A program made the translations under genes and the position numbers. The notes beneath the pieces were generated by a model. It had not been told where the DNA came from. It saw only the letters and a list, made by a program, of their open reading frames with translations, and searched no databases. Below, in pieces: positions 55,670 through 64,000 of a stretch of 64,000 nucleotides of DNA (the stretch's first letter is position 1; every line of letters starts with the position of its first letter). Where the stretch lies: contig JAXJQX010000017.1 in the NCBI GenBank assembly GCA_036310925.1, positions 216 through 64,215 on the forward strand, read 5' to 3'. Source of the DNA: Acutalibacteraceae bacterium (GTDB taxonomy: Bacteria > Bacillota > Clostridia > Oscillospirales > Acutalibacteraceae).

Positions 55670-56452
55670 CTAAGGGTTTGAGCTGTGGTTTTTCTTATAT
55701 TCTGTCGGAGACATTTTAAAATGCTTTTTAAAGCAGTTGTTAAAGCTTCTGATACTTTGAAAACCGCTTTCCATTGCAATATCCACAAGCTTTTTGTCCG
55801 ACTGTTCCATCAGTCCGACTGCTGTTTCGAGTCTGTAAAGTGTTAAAAATTCGGAAAAAGACATCTTAAAAACAGTATGAAAATATCTCGATACATAGTG
55901 ATAATCATATCCTAACAGCTTGCCTATGTTAGAAAGCTTAATGTCCTTTGTGTGATTTTTTTCGATATATTCGGTTATGACGGCTATGTTTTCGTCGATT
56001 TTTTTATTCTTATCGGTCAGCTTAGCCGATTTAATGTATTCGTCGCATACCGCGTAGAGCGCCGCCTTAATAATAAGGCGCGACGGTTCGGGGTTATTAA
56101 TCAGGTTCTCGGTCATAAATCGGGTAACTGACGGACTGCAGTTAAATTTAAAATCTCCCGTTTTGTCCTTGATCATTTTATAAAAGTCGTGCACATAATC
56201 CTCGGAGAAAACGCAAACCCAATAGCTTGTATCCTTTTGAGGCTCATAGGCGTGAATATCGTAAGGAAAGCAAAGCCCGAAATCATCCTGCTTTATCAGA
56301 TATTCGATTCCGTTTGAATAGCATTTAAGGCTTCCGTTTATAACATAAACAAGCTCAAGACTCTTATGAAAATGCTGTTTCCAAATCTCCGTTGTATATA
56401 ATACGGCATTAAAACTATTGTTCAATGAATTATGGGGTTGATGAAAAATCAT
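55670..56452 (-). CDS. AraC-family transcriptional regulator (cupin N-terminus), divergent from the GRE locus
   Basis: HFHKSLELVYVING cupin region. C-terminal HTH ..IGKLLGYDYHYVSRYFH.., IAMESGFQSIRSFNNCFKK....SPTEY. Confidence 0.85.
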   Translation of the reverse strand: MIFHQPHNSLNNSFNAVLYTTEIWKQHFHKSLELVYVINGSLKCYSNGIEYLIKQDDFGLCFPYDIHAYEPQKDTSYWVCVFSEDYVHDFYKMIKDKTGDFKFNCSPSVTRFMTENLINNPEPSRLIIKAALYAVCDEYIKSAKLTDKNKKIDENIAVITEYIEKNHTKDIKLSNIGKLLGYDYHYVSRYFHTVFKMSFSEFLTLYRLETAVGLMEQSDKKLVDIAMESGFQSIRSFNNCFKKHFKMSPTEYKKNHSSNP

Positions 56453-56561
56453 AATAAAACCGCCTTAGATAAAATTATGCCAATATTATACAATATTGTG
56501 CGAGAAAAAGTCAACTGTTTGCCTTATAATTATATCGTACCAATACGAAAGGAATGATATA

Positions 56562-58556
56562 ATGACTTCGACTTTTGAAAAGCTTTATAATTTTATCGTA
56601 AACAAGGAACATCATAAATACCGTCATACGGTAGACTTTAAGCTTTCCGAGGAATATTCGGCAAAGGGTATTTCGCCTATTGAGCGTATGTCCGACCGAT
56701 TTCGCCGTATGTGTGGGGAGGAAAAGGCGGTAATTCTTGAGGGTGAGCAGATAGTGTTTTTGCGCACCGTTTCAAATTTGCCCGATATTTTTACAGAGTC
56801 CGAATGGGCGGAAATTAAAGCAAAGCATTATATTCACGAGCTTGGGTATATGTCTAATCTATGCCCCGACTATTACGACGCCATAAGCAAGGGACTGCTT
56901 GAAAAACGTAAAATCGCCGATGAATACGGAAAAGCGGCGATAGATAACATTATTATGCTTTCGGATAAATATTTAGAGGAGGCCAAAAGACAGGGCAGAG
57001 AGGATTTAGTTGAAATCCTGACCCGCGTTCCGCGCTATCCCGCCCGTAATTTCCGAGAGGCGCTGCAGTTTTTCAGAATTTTGCATTACGCTCTGTGGCT
57101 GGAGGGTAACTACCATAACACGGTAGGTCGGTTTGACAAATATATGTATCCCTATCTTAAAGCCGATATGGAAAAGGGCATATATACAGAGGAAACCGCT
57201 TTGGAATTACTTTGCGACTTTTTCCTTTCCTTTAATAAGGATAGTGACCTTTATGTCGGTGTTCAACAAGGCGACAATGGGCAGAGTATGATGTTAGGCG
57301 GAATAGACGAAAACGGAAACGATGTTTATAATCTGTTGTCGGAATTGTGCCTTAAAGCCTCATACAACAATAAACTTATTGACCCCAAGATTAATCTCCG
57401 TGTTTCAAAGGCTACTCCCGCTGAACGTTATACCGAGGCAACCCAACTTACTAAGGCGGGACTCGGTTTTCCGCAGTATTCTAATGATGACATAGTTATT
57501 CCCGCTTTGGAAGAACTCGGTTATGAGTATAACGATGCCGTAAATTACACGGTAGCGGCTTGTTGGGAATTTATTATTCCGAATGTGGGAGCGGATATCG
57601 CAAATATATCCGCAATGTCTTACCCTAAGGCAGTAGATATTGCATTACATAATAATCTTGAAAAATCCGATTCCTATGATGAATTTTTTATGAGCGTAAA
57701 GGCAGAAATCAAAAAGGAATGTGACAAAATTGCAGATGGCATAAAGGACCTTTGGTTTGTTCCATCGCCGTTTATGAATGTGCTTATGGATTGTGATATT
57801 TATAACGGCGGAAAATATAACAATTTCGGTATTCACGGTACAGGTATTGCTACTGCGGCAGACAGCCTTGCGGTAATAAAGAAATATGTTTTTGAAGAAA
57901 AAACCATAGGAAAGTCAGAGCTTATTAAAGCAGTAGACGAAAACTTTGAAAATACACCGGAGCTGCTTCACAAGCTTCGCTATGAAGCACCGAAGCTTGG
58001 CAATAACGATGATTTTGTCGACGGTATTGCAACAGAGCTTTTAGACAGCTTTGCTGAAGCGTTAGAAGGAAAGACCAACTGTAGGGACGGTATATATCGT
58101 GCGGGAACAGGAAGTGCAATGTATTACCTGTGGCATGCTGACGAAATCGGCGCATCGCCCGACGGCAGACGTGCAAAGGAACCCTTAGGCACAAACTTTT
58201 CGGTATCACTTTTTGCAAATGTAAAAGGTCCGGTATCGGTAATAGCCTCTATGACAAAACAGCATTTTGTAAATGCTATAAACGGCGGACCGCTTACTCT
58301 TGAATTTCATCAAAGCGTATTTGCAGATGATGACGGAATAGAAAAAGTAGGGCTCCTTGTTAAGAATTTTATAGACAGAGGCGGTCACCAATTACAGTTG
58401 AATACAGTGAATCTCGAAAAAATGCTTGACGCACAAAAGCACCCTGAAAACTATAAGCAGTTGGTAGTGCGTATATGGGGCTGGAGCGCTTACTTTGTTG
58501 AACTTGACAAGGAGTACCAAGACCATGTAATAGCAAGACAGGCATATAGCGTATAA
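56562..58556 (+). CDS. Glycyl radical enzyme (PFL-fold), compact 664-aa form, function unassigned
   Basis: ASPDGRRAKEPL, Cys loop TVAACWEF (Cys 57561-57563), GGHQLQLNTVN, glycyl-radical motif LVVRIWGWSAYF (Gly 58479-58481). Start moved to the ATG behind AAAGGAA. Confidence 0.85.
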   Translation: MTSTFEKLYNFIVNKEHHKYRHTVDFKLSEEYSAKGISPIERMSDRFRRMCGEEKAVILEGEQIVFLRTVSNLPDIFTESEWAEIKAKHYIHELGYMSNLCPDYYDAISKGLLEKRKIADEYGKAAIDNIIMLSDKYLEEAKRQGREDLVEILTRVPRYPARNFREALQFFRILHYALWLEGNYHNTVGRFDKYMYPYLKADMEKGIYTEETALELLCDFFLSFNKDSDLYVGVQQGDNGQSMMLGGIDENGNDVYNLLSELCLKASYNNKLIDPKINLRVSKATPAERYTEATQLTKAGLGFPQYSNDDIVIPALEELGYEYNDAVNYTVAACWEFIIPNVGADIANISAMSYPKAVDIALHNNLEKSDSYDEFFMSVKAEIKKECDKIADGIKDLWFVPSPFMNVLMDCDIYNGGKYNNFGIHGTGIATAADSLAVIKKYVFEEKTIGKSELIKAVDENFENTPELLHKLRYEAPKLGNNDDFVDGIATELLDSFAEALEGKTNCRDGIYRAGTGSAMYYLWHADEIGASPDGRRAKEPLGTNFSVSLFANVKGPVSVIASMTKQHFVNAINGGPLTLEFHQSVFADDDGIEKVGLLVKNFIDRGGHQLQLNTVNLEKMLDAQKHPENYKQLVVRIWGWSAYFVELDKEYQDHVIARQAYSV

Positions 58557-58568
58557 AGAGGAGTTATT

Positions 58569-59318
58569 ATGCAGGATTATAAAAATAAAAAAATTTTGTT
58601 TATGGGTGACAGTATAACGGCACTTGGTGTTTGGGTTAAGTATTTCATTGAAATTATGAAACCCGAAAAATATGTAAATATTGCTGTTAGTTCTGCAACA
58701 TGGAAAGATAACGCAAATACAATATATGATGGTAATCCGCTGTTTAACGGTCCTGATGCAAATGTGAATAATAAAGTATGTAATCAGGTTGAAAAATTGT
58801 TGCGAGGCAAAGACAACAAAAATAAAAATTATATATATAATCCCGATTATGAAGATTTTGATATTATAGTCGTTTCAGCCGGAACAAACGACTGTGGAAT
58901 TGAAGAAATAGATAGTATTGAAAAAGAAATATACAGTCAGTTTTTTGATGATAACGGAGATTTGCTTTCGCTTGGTAAGGTTGATTGCAAAACTATGGCA
59001 GGAGCATTGCGTTATACTTATGAACATTTAAGAAGAATGTATCCTAATGCCGTTATTTGCTATTGTTCGCCAATTCAAGGTGCCGAAGATGTAAGACCTT
59101 ATTCGTCAATAAAACTGAAAAGAGATTATATTAGTGCATTTTGCGAACATATTTCCGATGTGAAGTTTATTGACACTTTTAAGTGTGGAATTTGTGGTGC
59201 TTACGAAAAATGGCAGTGTAGCGGACCGAATCTTGCTGACGGACTTCATCCAAACGATAACGGTGCCAAAAAGATTGCTTTGTTTAATGCACAGTCAATA
59301 AAGGAATATTATTTGTAA
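58569..59318 (+). CDS. SGNH/GDSL-family esterase embedded in the GRE locus
   Basis: Block I FMGDSIT, block III SAGTNDC, block V DGLHPNDNG. RBS AGAGGAG. Confidence 0.82.
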   Translation: MQDYKNKKILFMGDSITALGVWVKYFIEIMKPEKYVNIAVSSATWKDNANTIYDGNPLFNGPDANVNNKVCNQVEKLLRGKDNKNKNYIYNPDYEDFDIIVVSAGTNDCGIEEIDSIEKEIYSQFFDDNGDLLSLGKVDCKTMAGALRYTYEHLRRMYPNAVICYCSPIQGAEDVRPYSSIKLKRDYISAFCEHISDVKFIDTFKCGICGAYEKWQCSGPNLADGLHPNDNGAKKIALFNAQSIKEYYL

Positions 59319-59319
59319 T

Positions 59320-60120
59320 ATGATTTACGGAAATATTTTTGATGTCAAGGAAATGGCGGTGCATGACGGCCCCGGAATCAGAACAACCGTGTTCTTTAAG
59401 GGTTGTCCTCTGCGCTGTAAGTGGTGTCATAATCCGGAGGGACTTTCCTCAAAGCCACAACTTATGTACAAGGAAGCAAGATGCGTTAAGTGTGGCAGAT
59501 GTATGACAAAATGCAATCATACAGATTGTCAGCCTTTCGGTAGATGTATTCATATCTGCCCGCAAAACTGTCTTGAAATATCGGGCAAAACGGTTGATGC
59601 AAAGGTATTAGCCGAGGAACTAAAGCAAAGCGCCGAAATATTGGCAGACAGTTTCGGCGGCTTTACCTTTTCGGGCGGCGAACCGCTCTTTCAGTCTGAA
59701 TTTCTTATGGAATTGATTGATGAATTAAAAGATTATCATCTTTGTATAGAAACTTCGGGCTATGCCGAAAAGGCGGTCTTTGAAAGAGTAATCGAAAAAC
59801 TTGATTTTATTATTATGGATATTAAGTTTTCAGACAGTGAACAGCATAAAAAATACACAGGTGTAAGAAACGAAAAGATTTTGGAAAATTTTGCGGCGCT
59901 TAAAAAAAGCGGAAAGCCGTTTTTAATCCGCACGCCGCTGATACCGAATATTACCGATACTGCGGAAAACCTTGACGCCATAAAACAGCTTATAGGAACA
60001 AGCGATTGGGAGCAACTGCCGTACAATAAAATGGCGGGAGCCAAATACAAAATGCTCGGAATGAGCTATGAATTATCTACTCTTAGAAGCGGCAGTGATA
60101 AGCCGGCGTGCCGGTTTTGA
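59320..60120 (+). CDS. Glycyl-radical enzyme activating protein (radical SAM)
   Basis: HDGPGIRTTVFFKGCPLRCKWCHNPE (CxxxCxxC), auxiliary clusters CVKCGRCMTKC and C..ICPQNC, GG.TFSGGEP. Confidence 0.9.
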   Translation: MIYGNIFDVKEMAVHDGPGIRTTVFFKGCPLRCKWCHNPEGLSSKPQLMYKEARCVKCGRCMTKCNHTDCQPFGRCIHICPQNCLEISGKTVDAKVLAEELKQSAEILADSFGGFTFSGGEPLFQSEFLMELIDELKDYHLCIETSGYAEKAVFERVIEKLDFIIMDIKFSDSEQHKKYTGVRNEKILENFAALKKSGKPFLIRTPLIPNITDTAENLDAIKQLIGTSDWEQLPYNKMAGAKYKMLGMSYELSTLRSGSDKPACRF

Positions 60121-60670
60121 GCGTTTTACCCTTATTTCAGAATCCTTTTTTTATTAAATGTTTAACTTTCTTTAAAATGTCCTTTTACTTGTTCATATTA
60201 GCGCCTCCGGAGAGGAGTATACTTCACTCTGGAGGCGCTTTGCCATAATTGTGCATTTTGATTATTTTTGCAATGTTTATGATGAAATTAACAATTTGAT
60301 TGTGCGAATTATTTTGATATAATTAAAACAAAGATAGAAAAGTAGACTGATTGTTTAAAATAGAGGCAGTAATGCTTATTGCTTCTGTCGGCAGGCACTT
60401 CTACTTGGCGTTGCGGTGACCGCCACAAATTTTGGAAAGGACGCTTTGCTCTATTAACGGCTTTTGCCGTGTAAATCAACTCTTTTATGACAAATATGTT
60501 GTAACAAAGGGGGAAGAAAACACAAGTGCTTGTATCCCAAATCTTGCGACAGGTTAGTAGTACTGTTTGTTAAAAAAAGGGGGGAAGAAAATGAAATGTT
60601 AAAATTTTTGGGTTATTGTTTAAACTGAGAACCCTATACCATACAAACCGATAAGAAAGCAAACGGCTTT

Positions 60671-62383
60671 TTGGCGAAGAGCAGGCAATATGTCAAAAAA
60701 TTAAATACTATGCGGCTTGAAATGCTCCGAAAAAAGTTGTTCGGTTTTGTTTTAGTCATAAGCATTTTAATATCCTCGGTTTTTTCGGTAGATATGCTAA
60801 ATACGGCTGCCGCCGCTGAATCCACAGACGGTAAAATGCTGCATATAACTTCTAAAGTAGGTTCGTGGGTCAATCCACTGAGATTATACACGCTCGAAGT
60901 CGGCAAAGAATACAACTTTTCGGTAGATTATTGCGTCAAATCAAACAATTTAGCAACAGAAAATGCAAATGGCAAGGATTTATTTGTCGTCGCAGCCGAC
61001 AGTTATGAAAAATATATTTCTGATACAAGAGGCATCTGTACCTTTGACTATACGCCTCAAAAAAATCAAATATATTTTGGTGTAAAAACAAACTCTAAAG
61101 ACGGCAGTTCCTATCAAGCTTATGCTTGGAACTTTATGGTTACCGATAATGTTACAGGCGAAGTAATTAAACCCACCACAGAGATTACTGGTACGGAAAC
61201 AGCAGAATGGGTTGATTATAACGAATATAAATTCCTTACAGGATATTCATTACAATCAAAAAATACCGGTTCTGCAAGCTGGGAAACTGCAATATTTAAA
61301 GCTACCGGCTTAGCAGGTGGCACCTACAATTTTGAATTTGATTATTACATTGATTACAACGGTGCTTTGGCTACGGGCTACAATGGCGCTCCTACTAACA
61401 TTTTCTTTAAAACACAGGGTTATCAAAGTGCTTCTAACAAAAATGGTGCGCAAACATATATAATCAACACGGGCAAAGGACATCACAAGGGTTCATATAC
61501 AATATCAAGTGACGGTGATTGCTATTTTGAGCTTGCAACAAAAACTAATAGTACAGCCGATGTTACATTGTATCTTTGGAATATTAAATTCACCAACTCG
61601 GATAATCAAGAATTTTCGTGGTCTATATCCGATAAGCATTCAACTTATTTTACAGCAGTAACAGAATTTAATGCCGAAAATACAGGTTACCTTAACCCGA
61701 TGTATAAGTTTGATAACACCGATAACTCTACTTGGAATACCGTAGCAGGTACTTTCAATAATCTTACCGCAGGTGAATATACCTTAAAGTTCGATTATTA
61801 TGTTTCAAAAGCTATCACTTTAGATTCCAACAGCGGAACTAGTAACTGTACCTTCAAAACCAAAGTGGGTAATAATTCATCCTCTAACGATGGAGATGAA
61901 TATATTACCACAACCGGCCGTGTAACCACCTATTCCCGTACTTTCACCACAACCGGAACTACTGCCTACTTTGAGATAGGCGCTAAGAGAAAGACTACAA
62001 ATAACTTCATAGTATATGCTTGGAATATTCGTTTAGAGGATGCTTTCGGTAACGAATACAAGACTTTCTATAGCATAGGTAATTTCGTTACCAAGCAAGA
62101 CTACAATGAGGCGGCTATAATAACTGCCGTTGATTGTCTGCCGGAGGTTTCTGGTGCTAAAATTCTTATTCCTCAAGAAGTAAGCGGCACGCAAAAACTC
62201 AGAATAGATGTAGATTTCAGCAAGCTTAAAAACAGCGTTGATGCAGGAGTAAAAGTCAAGGCATACGGTGTTATAGCAGTTCCTGTTAATAGGACTGATA
62301 TAGATTTAGATTACATATTGTCTGTGGCTACAGAAAAAATATTATTAAAAGAACCGTATCAAACGGCGGCTTGGATAAATTAG
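60671..62383 (+). CDS. Secreted multi-module (CBM-like repeat) protein, N-terminal reading frame
   Basis: Signal-peptide-like LRKKLFGFVLVISILISSVFS. Three ~120-aa repeats ending in the YxWNxxxT/E motif (YAWNFMVTD, YLWNIKFTN, YAWNIRLED). Start uncertain (TTG 60671 or ATG 60710). Stops at TAG 62381. Confidence 0.7.
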   Translation: MAKSRQYVKKLNTMRLEMLRKKLFGFVLVISILISSVFSVDMLNTAAAAESTDGKMLHITSKVGSWVNPLRLYTLEVGKEYNFSVDYCVKSNNLATENANGKDLFVVAADSYEKYISDTRGICTFDYTPQKNQIYFGVKTNSKDGSSYQAYAWNFMVTDNVTGEVIKPTTEITGTETAEWVDYNEYKFLTGYSLQSKNTGSASWETAIFKATGLAGGTYNFEFDYYIDYNGALATGYNGAPTNIFFKTQGYQSASNKNGAQTYIINTGKGHHKGSYTISSDGDCYFELATKTNSTADVTLYLWNIKFTNSDNQEFSWSISDKHSTYFTAVTEFNAENTGYLNPMYKFDNTDNSTWNTVAGTFNNLTAGEYTLKFDYYVSKAITLDSNSGTSNCTFKTKVGNNSSSNDGDEYITTTGRVTTYSRTFTTTGTTAYFEIGAKRKTTNNFIVYAWNIRLEDAFGNEYKTFYSIGNFVTKQDYNEAAIITAVDCLPEVSGAKILIPQEVSGTQKLRIDVDFSKLKNSVDAGVKVKAYGVIAVPVNRTDIDLDYILSVATEKILLKEPYQTAAWIN

Positions 62384-64000
62384 GCACAGTAAAGGTTATT
62401 ATTAACCGTGACAGTACAGCTTACGGTAAACGCTCTGCTGTGACCGCTTTTGTAGAAACCGAAAACGGCATTTATTATTCAAACAACAATAACGGTACTG
62501 CCGTAACAAACGGAATTGCAAGTAAATCGGTTATGGGTGTCATAAAGGCTGTGTTTAATGATACAAACGGTCAGATATATCTCAATAAGGATGCGGCACT
62601 CAGCAAATGCCTTCAGGACGAACAACTGAAAGCCACACTTGGTGAAGAAAACTTTAATAACTACTATATTAACAAAATCTTTTGCGGATATATGGGTTAT
62701 TACGGGTATACTCCAATCACTACAACAAGTGAAGAATACAGTATTGCAAAACTTATAACGGCTTATATGTATTACTACGCCTCAAACGGAGAAGGACCGA
62801 AAATGTTGAAGCTTTCAAGTTATTACTTAGATAGGGAAACTTATACTATACAAACCGATAAGGAAGTAAAGCAGCAGTTTGGCACAGATTATAACGGTGT
62901 TGAAATTAAACCGAACACAACCTATGTGTTTACATTTGAATATTATTCTACTAAAGATATGGTTGAGGCGTCCGCAATACGCAAAACTATTACTGCGCGT
63001 GAGGGTTATCTCGCAGATAGTCACTTGTGGGAAACCTGGTCTGATGCAAAACAGAAGTACCGCCGAGGGATATTATTAGAAGCAGGTCGGGGCTCGTTCA
63101 GTTATGAATTCACCACCGCAGCTGATGAAACTAATTTTGCTTTAGGCTTTGCACAGGGCACATTGGGCCATAGCTATATCTGGAATATAAAGCTTACCGA
63201 AAAGGGTCACGACGAAAACCTGTTTGTAAATCCGGGATTTACAAACAGCTTCAACGGGTGGCAAATACCTACGGCGGTTGGGCAGGCAAAATTGTTAGAG
63301 CCTGACGAAGCTATGCAAGACTTACCCTTAGGCGAGTATTTACCCGATTCGGCAAACGCTTTTTATGATGAAAACACTTGGGAAATAGGAGTAAGCGATA
63401 AAACCGACGCTCCTGTAACCGAAAATACAGCTATTCTTTATAATAAGCAAAACAGTAGCTATGACGATGCTGCCGAAACCAAACGGCAAGAGATAGTAAA
63501 TGCCTCCGATACACTGCTTGATGAATATAATGCACTTAACTATTTTACCTCTCCGAAAAAATCGGAATGCGAGGTGTATTATATTTCACCGAACGGAAAC
63601 GACAGTAACGACGGCACTTCCGAAAGCACCGCTTGGAAAACCACAAATAATTTAGCTGATTTATACACTAAATTTGAAAAGGATGAAATCACAAACGGTA
63701 CTATATTCAAAACTACGGTTAAAAGGCTGTATATACTGTTTGAACGGGGCGGTGTTTACCGCGGTCATTTTGAGCTGAAGTCTAATATCAGCTACGGGGC
63801 ATACGGTACCGGGTATAAGCCAACCTTCTATTCGGGTACGCAAAACTATGCCGACGAATACCTTTGGCATCAAACCTCAGCAGAGAATATTTGGGCAGTT
63901 AATGTCGGCGATGCTTCCGATATTGGAAATGTTATTTTTGATAACGGTAAAAAGTGCGGTATAAAAATATTGGACGGGTACGAATCTCTGCTGCAGGATT
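62299..64000 (+). CDS. Continuation of the same protein in the -1 frame (4th CBM-like repeat plus start of a right-handed beta-helix domain); runs off the window
   Basis: Stop-free frame from 62299 to 64000, not in the ORF track because it has no stop in the window. Contains YIWNIKLTE and VYYISPNGNDSNDGTSESTAWKT, which is typical of the start of pectate-lyase-fold proteins. Confidence 0.7.

Noticed and set aside
60361-60600. c-di-GMP or other riboswitch in the leader of the secreted protein
   Set aside because: I could not find the conserved GEMM cores or any other riboswitch core I know. It is kept only as an unexplained long leader.
60592-60633. Micro-ORFs MKC* and MLKFLGYCLN* behind the GGGGGGAAG RBS-like sequence
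   Set aside because: They are too short and unconserved to call from one sequence. They are mentioned under the leader finding.

Overview
This is a chromosomal window from a low-GC Gram-positive anaerobe. The gene content looks Clostridia-like (rnfCDGEAB, archaeal-type apgM, niaR-linked nadABC, PASTA kinase-like protein), but that taxonomic call is inference only. Positions 1 to about 34.2 kb are mostly core genome. They hold a tRNA-Glu / 5S rRNA / tRNA-Asn cluster and a DeoR-linked polyol/sugar operon (GDPD-PHP fusion, PfkB kinase, Zn-dehydrogenase, SGNH esterase, MgtC). Next comes the nadA-nadB-nadC-niaR operon, bracketed by ~290-bp direct repeats of an ECF S-component gene, then a cobalamin-riboswitch / DUF4430 lipoprotein / ECF-S unit, hemolysin-III, apgM and a U32 peptidase. 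The Rnf complex follows, with an appended extracytoplasmic flavinylation module (NusG-II protein, Gx transporter, tandem FMN_bind-like lipoprotein, ApbE). The core part ends with an aminotransferase, secDF, a D-Ala-D-Ala carboxypeptidase, a metallophosphoesterase and a zinc-ribbon/PASTA pseudokinase. From tRNA-Pro (34141-34217) to the window end lies an accessory, decaying carbohydrate-utilisation island. It contains an orphan ParB-like gene, five AraC-type regulators (two broken), GH5/CE4/FAD-oxidoreductase genes, and a hexuronate cluster (uxuA, kdgK, eda) whose uxaC has lost its 5' end next to a transposase fragment. It also contains a truncated group II intron and an IS21 remnant. The most interesting feature is an AraC-linked compact glycyl-radical enzyme / SGNH esterase / activase locus of unassigned chemistry. 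It sits next to a >1100-aa secreted CBM-repeat/beta-helix protein that is interrupted at an A6 tract. A short repeat family with a GGGGACGGTTCT core marks several gene-truncation breakpoints in the first 8.3 kb. I saw no CRISPR array, no recognisable defence system and no intact mobile element. All homology statements are by-eye motif recognition; nothing was searched.
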